The notes beneath the pieces are model-generated. The model was not told the origin of the DNA and searched no databases. It saw nothing but the letters and a program-made list of their open reading frames with translations. Made by a program: the position numbers and the translations under genes. Source: Pristiophorus japonicus (Eukaryota). From it: a stretch of DNA of 64,000 bases. Shown in pieces: positions 36,688 through 49,565 of the stretch (positions are counted from its first letter, which is position 1; every line of letters starts with the position of its first letter). Where the stretch lies: NCBI RefSeq assembly GCF_044704955.1, contig NC_091979.1, positions 304,296,001 to 304,360,000 of the forward strand. Direction: 5' to 3'.

Positions 36688-37729
36688 TATAATTGAAGCT
36701 TGTGAGAACTATTTTGTGCTGATTATGTTCAGAAACATGAATATTTGCTACAGATTCATTGACTATCATTTGACAGTATTTTATTCCCCCACACAAAGTA
36801 TGCATCCTTGCAGAGCATGCAAAAAAATATTTTTTTTTTTTTAAAAACAATGCAGGGCCAATTGCTTTCTTTATTTAGGAATGTAATCAATGTTGCGTCA
36901 GAAGGAAAAATGTGGTGTGCTTATAAATGATTGTTCAGTCATCTGATATTGCACAACTTACTGTATATAAGTCTTGCTTACAAAATATGTTGCTGTCTGA
37001 TATTTCACAATACATTCAAAAGGGTCTGTGTGTTTAACCTTGCACCATATTTATGTGAAATGCTGTAATATATTTCACAAACCTTCAAGCCAATAAACCA
37101 TTCATCAATAGTTGATGCAATCTAGCCAAGTGAACAAGGCTTAGACACTGGCCCAAGGAGAGGGATGTTGACAGAAGTCCATACTGGGAATTATTACAAG
37201 ACTGTAATATTACTAATGCACATACTCTGCAGCAATGGCTCAGCCAGTTTGTCCAGGGTGCAGTGGAACAAAACAGACCAGGCCGGTTTCAGGTTCATCC
37301 GCGCTCTGTGCTAAGTTAGTTGGATCGGGGTGGGGTGGCTATAATTTGATTCAGTGAACCTGGGTTAGAGAGAGAAAAGTTAATCCAGGTTCCTATCCCT
37401 GGTTAGTACTCCAAGTGTGGACTGGCGGCATAGGCACGATTGGGCGCGGCTGTGGTGCCCTCACAGTTGAATAGTCTGGCGCCGCTCGCAGTGCAAGGCT
37501 CATGCAGAGAGAACCGGGTTGCAATGCATTCTGAATGCAGGAGAAATGGGGACGGGGAATAAAATAAGGATACCAAACACAGACTTGGAAATGTCACCAA
37601 CAGTAAAAGCTTTTGCAGTGTATTACAAGTTTTAGGCGAATGGAGACCAAGACTTATTGAATATAAGTGCAACTTCAGTGGTCCTGCACTGATAGCAGGG
37701 AGCCTCATTATACAGCAGCTAAGCCAGAG

Positions 37730-38250
37730 GACATAGAAATACAGGAATTACCAGACAAAAAAAGACCCAGGGTCCAACTAGTTCCCCTTCTACCATCCTG
37801 GTAGTTACATAGTACAATGATAATGGAGTTATTGAATAATCATAACTCTCAATCTCTATCAAAGAGTCTAGAACAGACCCAGACATGAAGCGAGGAGAAC
37901 CCCAGTGGTGCAGAGCTTTAGGAACCATAGATCCAAAGTCCCCTGTTCCTCCCGAGCACGCTACATTAATCATGTCACGTTTCAAATTACTCCGATACTG
38001 TAATCCAAAATGTTATTTTCTGAAAGAAATCTAATTTGCATTTGACTGAATCGATACGAACTGCTTCCACTGTCTCCCTAGAGAGGCTGTTCCATAGATT
38101 GACCACTTGCTCACTGAGATATTGTTGCTGCAAATTAACATTGAATTTACCCCCCCTTCAAACGCAGGCAGTGTCCTCTGGTTCTACTGATCTGGACAAG
38201 GTGGAACAGCTGGTCATGGTTTATATTATGTAACACTGTACTGCTAACTC
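37730..38250 (-). mobile_element. CR1-like LINE 3' fragment (diverged subfamily)
   Basis: ISRTRGHCLRLKGG and QVVNLWNSL motifs; TTTCTATG tail. Confidence 0.6.
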
Positions 38251-38614
38251 CCCAACCCACACTCCCATTGACTGAGCCTACAATGCTGGGAGCACAGGAT
38301 CGCTGAATAAACCTGACAGAATTACGGATGGCAGGGTACAAGGCACTATTCCATTTGAGGTATTCAAATGATGTCACAAACCCCAAGAGGGAAATCAAGG
38401 AATTTGAAAAAAACCTCTGATTAAATAACAGGCTAGAAATGCTTTTAATAAGGTGTGAGAGGTTTCAGTTTAACGCAATGTTTCCCATTCATAGTTGGCT
38501 TAGTGTTCCTGGTGCAGAATTGGGCAGTACAGACAGGAGGAGAATAGCAACTTTGACATAGTTAGAGAGAAAAAGGCTGCAGCTGGATTCAAGGACATTT
38601 AAAAAGGAACACTA

Positions 38615-39043
38615 GAAAGACCTGCAATCATGTGACCTCTTTCACCACCTCAAAACGTCCCAAAGCCCTTTACAGCCAACGAAGTACTTTTGGAGTGTAG
38701 CCACTGTTGTAATGTGGGAAACACAGCAGCCAATTTGTGCACAGCAAGCTCCCACAAACAGCAATGTGATAATGACCAGATAATCTGTTTTAATGATGCT
38801 GGTGGAGGGATAAATATTGGCTAGGACACCAGGGCTAACTCCCCTGCTCTTTTTCGAAATAGCGCCATGGGATCTTTTATGTCCACCTGAGACACCAGAC
38901 AGGGCCTCGGTTTAACGACTTAGCTGAAAGACAACGCCTCCGACAGTGCAGCACTCCCTAGATTTTGTGTTTAAGTCCCTGGAGTGGGGCTTGAACCGTA
39001 AACCTTCTGACTCAGGAGGGCGAGAGTGCTGCCCACTGAACCA
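38615..39043 (-). mobile_element. DeuSINE copy
   Basis: Reverse complement of the 15044-15447 family. Confidence 0.85.
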
Positions 39044-39451
39044 TTGATACAGAGAAAAATAATAATAAATGTATAAACAGTGACGTGCTGAGGAGCTGAA
39101 TGAAGCAATGAGAATAGCCTTTTGTGTTTGTAGTGACTGTGAAGATTATACTGAGTATAGATCCCCTGATGCCTCAGTAAGTAGCTCTGCTAGCAGAAAC
39201 CTACACGGTCGCAGGTCAGTCCCGAATATGTTGGGATGGCTGATCGGAGTCAGGAGTAAGGGACTGTCGCTCCAGATCGATATCCAACAACACCTGCTGG
39301 AAGTGCAAGTATGTGGATGCCTGGGTGAGAACAGGATCAGGCCGGGCTGCGCTGCCCCCTCCGGTCGAATAGGCTATCAAGACTGACTAACATGAATAAT
39401 TGGAATGAGGTACCATGGAATCATATTGCAACAAGGAGTCAGGAGAGGATG

Positions 39452-40954
39452 GGGAAGGAAATTCCAGTTTCTCCTTCCCGCGGGCATTCGACTGGATTCT
39501 AGAAAAAAAGAAGCGCACCTACCTAAAACTGCTGGGCCCACGCGAGATCCCGGTCCGGAGGCCTCTCCTGACTGCGCATTGCAGTGCATGCACATCAGGA
39601 CATGTGCAGGCCTGGAGCTGGAGTCACATGGCTCTGGGCAGCCAATAAGGTACAGGTTGAGCGTCCAAAATCCGGAGCTCTGGAATCCGGAATGTTCCGG
39701 AATACGGACCGTTTGGTGGCAGGGTCGTCCGGAATCCATAAAATGTTCCGGAATCCGGACCCGCCGGCCCCGCGACCGAGGTCCCGCCGCTGCCTCACCT
39801 CGGGCCTCGCCTCACCGCCCCTCGCCACTTCCTGACCTCGAGCCTGGCCTCACCGTCCCTCGAGCCTGGCCTCACCGTCCCTCGAGCCTGGCCTCACCGT
39901 CCCTCGAGCCTGGCCTCACCGTCCCTCGAGCCTGGCCTCACTGTCCCTCGCCTTGCCGCCCCTCGACCTCGGGCCTCGCCTCACCGCCCCTCGCCACTTC
40001 CTGACCTTGGGCCTGGCCTCACTGTCCCTCGAGCCTGGCCTCACCGTCCCTCGCCTTGCCGCCCCTCGACCTCGGGCCTCGCCTCACCACCGGCCGACCG
40101 AGGCCTCCTCGCCGGCCCGCCCGAACACCACCTCCGCGATGGGGCCGCCCGACCAGCTCTTTGACGGGCCCCACTGGACCACCTCCTCGGCGGCTGGTCC
40201 CGCTCGAACCCGTCCCCGGTGATGGGCCCCTGCCCGAGTACTTCTCTGGCGGCAGGGCTGCACCTCATCGCCCAGCCAACACCTCCCTGCTGACGTTCCA
40301 AATTCCGGAAATACCCGAACCTGGGCTCTGGTGTTTCCGGATTTGTGACGTCAGAAAGACGTTCCAAAATCCGGCAAAACGCAAAATCCGGAACAGCCTT
40401 GGTTCCGGATTCGGGGTGTTGCAGCTGCATAGTATATTCTCATTCATAGTAATAGGAGTTTCTGAAATCCTATTACTATGCATGAGAAACACCCCCAAAC
40501 AGTACATAAAACATTAAAAAAAACACCTCACAAAAATACACTATAGAAATTAAAGTTGATAGAAATGTTTTTGAAAAAAAATAATTGCCGATTTTTTAAA
40601 AAAGTTTTAATTATGGTTTAAAATAAAATTACCAGAGTGGGCAGGGTTTTTAACATAAATCTGTATTTTAAAATTTTATTTTAATATGTTTTTGATATGT
40701 TTTTAAACTCTTACGCTGGTAAAAATAGGCTATGTGCCGGCTTTTACCAAGCGCAATAGTTTTAAGGACTGGGCAAGAGATGGGAAAATAGCCCAATCTC
40801 TGCCGTGGGAATGTCCTTCTCCCTGAGATGTGGCGATATGTCAAGCCAAAGCCGGTTTTCAACACGTGCGCAGCACCGAAAACCAGCTTTTCCGAAGCCT
40901 TCCCGGGTCCGTAGGAACTCCGTATGGACCCGGGGAGGCCGTGATTTCTGGGCC
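39452..40954 (-). mobile_element. MITE of the 16766-17479 family, interrupted by a Tigger-like element
   Basis: Reverse-complement homology on both sides of 39653-40427; ends GATTTCTGGGCC; left end degenerate. Confidence 0.8.
39653..40427 (+). mobile_element. Tc1/mariner (Tigger/pogo-like) MITE with internal 22-bp tandem repeat
   Basis: TA|CAGGTTGAGCGTCC...GCAGCTG|CA; TCCGGA-rich subterminal repeats; unit CCTCGAGCCTGGCCTCACCGTC. Confidence 0.75.
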
Positions 40955-43900
40955 AATGGTGCAGAACCAAAAGCCGCTGTGTAAAATGCAGTGAGATTGA
41001 CGTGCCGAGCTGGTATTTGACAGTGTGTTCAGTTAGAACTTGTAGTATTTAGATCATAAATACAAAGAGACATTAATTATTGTAGGCAGAAAAGACAAAT
41101 CACGATCAGGCATAAGATAACCATCAATACCTACACATCTCTCCAGTTTGGACCAATGTGAACCCACATTTGACTCTGTTGTTGGAAAGTGCAAGTGTTG
41201 CACCGACTCGAGCTCATGTTTCTACTGGATGATTAACAGTATGATTAGGTCATGTACCCAATCTGGAAAGAAACCAAGCTGATAACACTATGTGCCTTAT
41301 CACAGTTGCTGAATTAAACCCAATGAAATGGTTACACATTTTATAAATGTGATAACGGAGACAAACAAATGTTTAAGGAAGTGTTTGCGGAGGTATGGTC
41401 AGGGCTAATTGTTCCCTCCATGTCCATTTTAAACAGTTAGCTAGCACCAGCGGAAAGTGGGCATAGCAGTATTTACAGACAAGCAGGAACGAGAACAAAG
41501 AAAATCTGTAGCAGACCCAATTTCAAAAGGCGGTGTCAGATAACATGAAGCTAATTCTGAAGTTAAATAAAAAGAAAGATTTTTTTTTTTTAAACTTAGA
41601 ATGACAAATTAACATTTACAGGGTGATAGCACCAAAAGGCAAATCCCAATTTCTACAGAGGGATTTGAGAAGAGGAAGACCATGTTAACTGAAGCACAGC
41701 AACGAGACTCTCTGTATAAAGTCATATCCATTTTATAAGTCCTGCTCTTAGAATACATTTCAAATAATGGATGATCAGGAATGCACTCCAAATTTATATG
41801 CTTTTGGCTCTGTGCCATGAAAGTGCATGCAGGTGACCCATCTCCCACCATCTGTTACTGCCTATGTCTGTGTATGCATCCATAGACAGACCGTGCTCTT
41901 TTTCTAAGCATTTTGTCATATAAATGGTTGCTGCCATTAGTTTAGGGCCATGCATTGTGCTGGCTAATTGTTACCAAAACTCTATAATGTTAATGGGCTT
42001 AATAGCTGCAAAACGGGAGAAATGGTGATAGAAAATGCGTTGCATTTCACCCCAAAAGAAAAGGTGCAGCATAAATGGTGGGCTCTCTGCCCACACATAA
42101 GAAGCATATCACCGTCATCGTCACCATCGGCCGGCTTTCTTCGGAGCACGGTTACTCACGCCGCGTTCCGTACTGTCGCCGTGTCACAGGTTGTGGATGC
42201 CACTGGCTAATTCAAGGATTAGCACAGCCGCCTTTTTTGATGGCGTTTCCTCCATCAAGGGTCCCACTCCCCTCCTCCAGGCATTCATCCGCCCCGAAGC
42301 CATTGGAGCTTTCGGGAAGTGGCCTGGTTACTTAATCACCACCCGGCTCTCGCTGTCGACCAATCACAGGTAGTACTGTCTGCTGTCATTACAGGTAGAA
42401 GATTCCAACACCTGACCTGACACCAAGGAAACGTATACAAAGGGCAAAATACATCAGGGGATGGACATTTCTAGTGGAACCCGAAGTACTGAGTGCATTC
42501 AGGCTTCAATAGCTGCACCATTCATTTTTGAACCCAAGATGTTCATTTGATGACGCCAATCTGAAGGCAAATTCACAAAAGTGGAATTAGAGAGAGACAA
42601 GACGACAGGAGATTGAGTACTCGAGTTGGAGATGCTCCATGTGTAAAGAGAGCTATGCGATAATATTAATATTCGCATTGTAAAGTTAGAATAAATCATT
42701 TCATGCATTCAAAGCAAGAATCAGCAGGTTAATTATTTATATTAACTAATGTGTTAATTGCTGAATCTGTTTGTTGTGGAGGAATTGCCCATACTAGGAA
42801 CATTATTATCCCCGACAGTTTTGCCATGGTAACCTGCAATAAGCAATGTACTTTTTCACTCTATACGACTTCATCTAGTCCATTCTCATTGTAGAACTGT
42901 CACTCATTCTTCATCACTTTAATTACATTTCTGCTTAAAAAAAGTCTCGTTACATTTTTCATTTTTGAGCGATAAATCCTGCTGTGGTGTTAATATAACA
43001 AGCACTATTTAAAATTGAGGAAAGTATAAGACTATTTAGTAATTTATGTACATTTGCTCAATGAGTCAGGGGATATACAGTTTCATACCATGCAATGCAC
43101 AATTTTTAATTCTGCTTTTTTAGGCAACAAAGTGTAAATGTTCTGAAGTAAACTTAAGCTCAAGTCACTCACAGTTTCATTGTTGTTTGGTCAGGGAACT
43201 TTGCAAATTGTAAAATACTTCTGTATTTAACTGTAGTCAGAAGCACTTGGCATTAACTAACTGGCTTTTTTCTGTGTTTTTTGTAAGGTTATTTTGCACC
43301 TGTAAAAAATGTGTAATGTTCGAGTGTGATATCTGGCGTGTGATGTTGGTATGAGGCCTAGAGCGCGAGGCCTGGAGCATGGGGCGCGAGGCCATACCCT
43401 TTTTAGTACAAAACATAGATAAATATAGAATAGACAGATAGATAGACAGATAGATATTAATGGGTGCTTGGGAACAGGTCTTAAGGCTGTAAGTTAAATA
43501 TGACATTATAAGCTATAAGAATGAAGCTTGGACAGTTTACAAATAGCTGACCATGCCCGAGGTTAGGTTACAGCCGTCAACTTGTGGCTGGTATTTATGT
43601 ATTATTTCTATAACATATACTGTGAATGCAATTTTACATTACAACACTGAAGTGTTTTTGTCACAGTGCCAGGATTTGAGAGTTTTTCACAATGTCAATG
43701 TAATGCAAAATGGCACTCATCATGTTATGTGATTACTACATTAGAAAGGAATCCAGCAGGCTATAGGAAAATTCCATTGACAATATAGGATATAAATAAA
43801 ATATATATACACATATAATATATGTTAGTGTAGCATATTAAACCTATTTATTATTCACTGAAAATTAAACAGACTTTGAAGCATGTACAATAATAATTGA

Positions 43901-44654
43901 TGTTAATAATCCTATCGATGGTTCCTTGCATAGTGTGGTCATAAACACATTATCTGAACAAATGAGTCAGGCCCATTGTGTATTTTTCCACTCGGTCTGC
44001 CCAGAATGGGCAGCTAGTCAATGCGTTTTTTTTTTATTTTTAACTTGCCATTCAGTTCTCTATAGAACAAAAATCAAAGTGGAAAAGAAGCCGGTTTGAA
44101 TTTATAGTTACGCTGACTGATAGCAATCTGCAAAGAAACTAATTAAAGTAATTTGATAACCTAATGGCAGCTGGAGAGAGAATTCCAGAGCTCGAAAGTT
44201 CAAGGTTAATATTTCTAAATAAAGGAAACACAGCCAATATTGCCAACTGCATTTCGTCAGTTTTACTCATTTCTGGCAACAGTCCAACAGAATGTGATTT
44301 TTCAGCAGAAATACCTGCTCTACATCAACAATCCAGCTCTTCTAAAGACTGATACCATGTTTACTTTGGTCGTATAAAAGCTGTAGAATGTTGTAATCTC
44401 CAAATTGGATCTGACCGTCTGACCAAAGCAGAATGCGTGCCCATCCCATCTTCCCAGTTCTTAGGCAATGGTTAATAATCCAGGCAATTCTTAAACGACG
44501 AGGCCTCTTCTCTTTTGAACAATGAATCTTTTTAGGCCAGTCCAAGACTCCGGTTATTTTGCGTCAGGTGTCCGGGTTGTAAAGCACAAGAGCTAGTTCA
44601 CAGTGGTAATCTTTTTTTTTTTTAAAAAGCATTTTTTCCTTCACCGCCATCTAA

Positions 44655-44957
44655 TGCAACCCTCCGCGACATCTGTGTTCCTCCAACTCTGACTTCTTGT
44701 ACATCCCCCACTTCCTTTGCATCACCATTGCTGGCCGTGCCTTCAGCTGCCTGGGCCCTAAGCTCTGGAATTCCCACCCCAAACCTCTCCGCCTCTCTCC
44801 CTCTCTCTTCTCCTTTAAGGTGCTCCAAAGCTTTTGGTCATCTGTCCTAATATCTTCTTCCTTGGCTCGGTGTCAATTTATGTTTGATTATGCTCCTGCG
44901 AAGCTCTTTGGGACATTTTACTACATTAAAAGACACTATATAAATACAAGTAAATGT
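44655..44957 (+). mobile_element. L2-type LINE 3' fragment
   Basis: TIAGRAFSCLGPKLWNSHPKPLRLS; CTATATAAATACAAG tail. Confidence 0.75.
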
Positions 44958-45936
44958 TAAAAAAAAATTAACAAATGTAAATGCAAAATTTTGTAACGTG
45001 TTGTACACGTCTAAAGTTTCTGAGTGCTATAAGCATCGGGTGTTGGAAACATTCACCACCTCATGCTGTCCCTTTGACATGCCAAAATGATTTCGGGACT
45101 TAATTGTAATCTGTTTTTGCAAATTGATTTCTGCACACGAAAGAGAAAGAGAAATGTTAATCATTAAAGAAACAATTCTGATGATCTAAATATGCAGTTT
45201 TAACAAATGAACGTACAATTTTTCTGTTTTGCATATTCCAAGTTTTCCAAAATATCTGTGATAGTCTTTTTTTGCACCCCCATGTGTAAGATGATCAGAG
45301 CTGCAACATCCAGTCGGAGTTGCAGAAGGCAACTACTGGGCTTAGTGCAATGTCATTGTTGGCCACTCGGTGAACTAGGAAGGGTTTTTTGTATCCTTTA
45401 CGCTGGATTTATGGGGTCAAGTTTCGGGCCGCGCCAAGAACGGCGCAGCCCCGCCCTGGACGCCCGTTTTTCGTGCCTAATAGCACGACAGAAAATTACC
45501 TCTTAATTCTCTGGCTCCTTGCTGGTCCCTGGGAGTTCAGCAGCAGGGGGCAGAGCCACAGAGTCACGCCGATTCTGCAAGTGGAGGGCGGCGGGGCTAA
45601 GTTAAGTGAGGCAACGTCGTGCCGGCAGCCCTGCGCGTGCGCGTTGGAGTGCGCGCGCACGCGCAGTAGCCCAGAAACATTGGCACTCGGCCATTTTTAA
45701 AGAAATTTAAAGAAAAGTGCTGATTTGTCTCGTGGACCTCTGGAAAGGCTTGGGATTGTATTTTGGTGGTTTTTGTGCCTGAAGGAGTGCTTTTAGCAGC
45801 ACTGTTAAATAAATCACCCGTTGAAATCAGTGAGTGCTGCTTTTCACTGCTAAACTTCCAGAACAGGTGCAGCATAGGCCGATGCAAATTAAGGACTGTG
45901 TGTTTTGAAAAATCAAAGTGTCAATTCAATACAGCA

Positions 45937-47258
45937 ATGGAACAACGTCCACCAAGAACAAAGAATTTCTTGCATGAGGAAGGGGAGATATTAATCAACG
46001 TCATTGAGCAGAGATGGCAGGAGCTAGATACCAGCAACAGAGGTCGCATAAAAGTGCCACCTAAAGAAATGAAGAAACGCTGGAACCAAGTTGCAGAAGA
46101 TTACTGCGCAGTGGTGCATACCAGGAGATCTGGAAGTCAGTGTAAAAAGAAATGGCACGACCTTAGTCAAGCAGTTAGTGTAAGTAATATTTTCAATTTT
46201 TAATGTAATCGTAATTGTAACGTGACTATCTGTATGTCCCACCCTGCAGAAAGATGCACTCTGTAAAAAGTTATATTTTACTCTTTGCAGAAGAAATTGG
46301 CCCACAACAAAAGGGAAACAACTCGAAAAAGGAGGAGGCGTGCCAAATCTGCATCCACTGACACCCTTGGAATGAGTCGTACCTGGAGAAAAGCAATCGG
46401 TACAGCACAAGCTGGGCCCGCACGCGAGGGAGGGGGCAAGTCCTGAAAATGCATCGTGGCCCTTCAAATCAACCTGCTGCCTGGTCTGCTATGTGTGAGC
46501 GTACTCATGGCACCCATCCTGCCCCCCTCCCTTGCTGTTAAACATTTGACTGTTCTGATATATTTTGCAGAACATGATGATGATGATGCCGCTGCTGCTG
46601 CCAACCCTGAGGATCCTGAAGATACAGAACAAGACTGGATGATGGCGGCGATGACTGAAATGTCTACAGAGGAGAGCTTCCAAATTAATGTTTATGAGCC
46701 CCCATTAAGGGGCATCAAAGTTTCAACCCCTTGCATAGGTTCTGGTTCCACCTTCCATGGTTTTGATTCCGACGTTGCAGGTCCCAGTGATATAATGGAG
46801 CAGTTTACACCCACCATCCCAGCCCATGGCTCGCACTCGAGTGCTGTCGTCTGGAACACCGAGCGCCCCAGCCCGCACCTCTCTCTCTAGTACTGCCGTC
46901 TGGAACACAGAGCGTCCCACCGTCCCAGCCCGCGCCTCCCAGTGTAGTGGTGCCATGAGGCAGACCCAGGCAGAGGAGAAGGAGATTGGAGACACGCTCT
47001 CCTGGGATGCAGCGTGCAACATGTGCGGCTCAGGTTGTGGCATTGGGTATGGAGACCAATGAGCTTACCCGATCACTCATCGGTAGCGTCAGTGCAGTGG
47101 GTGAAGAGTTGACGGTCCTGACGGGAGAAATAGCAGTAATGACACGGGAACTTAGGGAGGGAATGTCCGAGGGAGTGCAATCGACGGCACAGGCCTTCAT
47201 GGAGGTAGCTGCTGCAATAAGGGCACACAGCCCGGCCAATCAAATGACACCCCCATGA
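45937..47258 (+). pseudogene. Harbinger Myb/SANT-like protein pseudogene (exons 45937-46179, 46291-46435, 46571-47258)
   Basis: MEQRPPRTKNFLHEE...RWNQVAE...RSGSQCKKKWHDL; splice sites match the copy at 31831; frameshifts and stops in exons 2-3. Confidence 0.85.
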
Positions 47259-47669
47259 AGAAGTGAACATTCACTGAGATATGGATGAGACATGGTTGCA
47301 GCCTTTCTTTGCTGCTTTTGTTCTTGTTCTTGATGTAGCTGTAGTAGCGTTTTTCAAATTGAAATTGTTTTGTAACTTTACAACTTATAAGTGATCTTAG
47401 GGTTTTTAAGTGATCCTATAGTGTAAATGCTCTCTCATTTTGTATCTTATTTAATTTTGCATCTAAAAAGTGATCCTGAAGTTTAAGTGATCGTGAGAGT
47501 GTAAGATTTTTCAGTTTGAAATTGTTTTCTAACTTTTGTAACTTTACAAGTTTATAAGTGATCTTCAAGAGTCATATTAAAAAGTAAAGTTCGATACAAC
47601 AAATATTTTATTACAGTGACGTTAACTTTTCAATAAAATATTTTTTCATTAAAACTGAATCATGTTCCA

Positions 47670-48957
47670 TTAACACAACACAACGTAGGAACAACTGCAA
47701 AGAATAAACATGTCCATGCGCAACAGTGGTCGCAGAGCCCTCAGGCAACAGTAATTGAAGCGTTTACGGATGAGCTGCTGGCGCAATGCTCGAGCAATCG
47801 TTAAAGGAGCACGATGGACGGTCCTCCTCCGACCTCGTGCTCCGGCATCAGTCATTTGTATGCTTTCTTGATCGTCGTCATCATCCACATCCTGCTCTTC
47901 CGTAATACTATCATCATGCACTGGAGCCTCACGTTGGTCTTCTGGTTCCACTACCAGCTCCTGCTGCCTCATGATGGCTAAGTTATGCAGCATGCAGCAC
48001 ACAACAGTGAACTGACCGACAATCTGAGGAGAGTACAGCAAGTGGCCTCCAGAATGGTCCAGGCATCGGAAACGCTGTTTCAAGATGCCAATGGTCCTCT
48101 CAATGATGCTGCGCGTCGCAATGTACGCCATGTTGTATTGACGGTCAGCTTCTGTCCATGTCACGCGTAGCGGACGTCATGAGCCAGGTGGTCTGGCCGT
48201 ACCCTTTGTCTCCCAGCAGCCAGCTCTGCCCTTCTGGCTGCTGCTCAAACATGTCAGATATAACGCTGTGGCGTAGGATGAACGCATCATGGGTGCTGCC
48301 AGGGTATCTCGCATCGGCTGACATGATGTGCTGCTTGTCGTCACACACATTGATGAAATGGAAACCTTTTCTATTCCTGTACTGCTCTGAATCCTCCACT
48401 GGTGCTCGCAAGGCTATGTGGGTACAAACCAATGCAGCCCTGTACCTTTGGGAAGCCAGAAAGCCTGAAGAAGCCCACAGCCCTCTCATGGATCGCTGTG
48501 CGGTCATTGGGAACTTGATGAAGTCATTCCTCCGCGCATACAGTGCAGCCGTGACCTGGTAAACGCAGGCGTGTATTGCACGTTGAGAGATGGCGCACAC
48601 ATCTCCAGTTGTAGTCTGAAACGATCCCGAGGCATAGAAGGCAAGTGCAGCTGTTACCCTCACTTCAACAGTCGAGGCAGTTGGTGTTCTGCTTCTGGGC
48701 TGCAAATCTGCTCTCAGCATATCACAGATCTCAGCGACAACTTCTCTGTGGAAACGCAGCCTTTTGACACAATCAGCCTCGCTCGTGTCCAGGTACGAGC
48801 GCCTGGTTCGATATTGCCGATGTGGGTAAGACCTCCTGCCCATCAGCCTACGGGCTATGACGGTCCTGGTGCGGTGAGCTCCAATCAATTCTCTCTTATG
48901 CAGTGAATTGATGGAGAACCATTGCATAATCCGTGGTGTTGACAATGCAGCACCCAT
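47670..48957 (-). pseudogene. Harbinger (HARBI1-type DDE) transposase pseudogene
   Basis: ALAFYASGSFQ, CTHIAL (preceding Asp lost), NRKGFHFIN, YPGSTHDAFIL, LLGDKGY, RSIIERTIGILKQRFRCLD, CCMLHNL; several frameshifts. Confidence 0.93.
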
Positions 48958-49565
48958 TCTGCAAATTTAAGTTTCAAACTGGCTATCTGGCTGCCTCGCC
49001 CTGTCCCTGGCCGAATGGCCTCAGCTTCCCTCGCAGCTCGAAGGCTGCTTGCTTGCTGTGTCTTCGGCTGCCATTGAGTCACTGACGCCGCCCGTCTCCT
49101 ACATGGAAGGCCTGCCTGAAGCACCGCAGCTCGAAGGCTGCTGCTTCACACAGGTAGGAATATTCAATATTTTTTCTTTGCTTTGTTTATAATCTTTTAG
49201 TCAGGATGGCTCTTTATTTGTATAAGTAAGACTGTTGAATGCTTGTCCCTTCGACCCCCCCCCCATTCCCTACCCCTGATTTGTAAAGTGTAAGCAAGAT
49301 TTTTCTGAGCATACAAAAATCTACACTTACTCCATTCTAAGTTAGTTTGGAGTAAGTTTTCACTGCCTAAACTTTCAAAACAGGCATAAGTGACCAGACA
49401 CGCCCCCTTTTGAAATAAAATCAGTTCCAAAATGAAACTGTTCTAACTGACAAGAACTGGAGCAAACTAAAGGCCGAGAATTGCAATTTCTAAGATACTC
49501 CATCCTAAACCAGTTGCTCCAAAAAAAATAGGAGCAACTCAGGCCGAAACTTGACCCCATTATTA

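Larger units (their letters stand above)
45412..49559 (+). mobile_element. Near-complete PIF/Harbinger DNA transposon (convergent Myb/SANT and transposase genes, both degraded)
   Basis: Perfect 16-bp TIR TGGGGTCAAGTTTCGG / CCGAAACTTGACCCCA; TTA TSD at 45409-45411 and 49560-49562. Confidence 0.95.

Noticed and set aside
37225-37510. Old SINE-like remnants (also ~39190-39400 and ~52900-53065)
   Set aside because: Too degenerate to bound or classify by eye
47670-48957. Domesticated HARBI1 gene
   Set aside because: Frameshifted, first catalytic Asp lost, enclosed by TIRs and TSD
45411-49560. 2-bp AT TSD suggesting ISL2EU
   Set aside because: Extending the TIR by one base gives a canonical TTA TSD, and the Myb partner gene fits PIF/Harbinger
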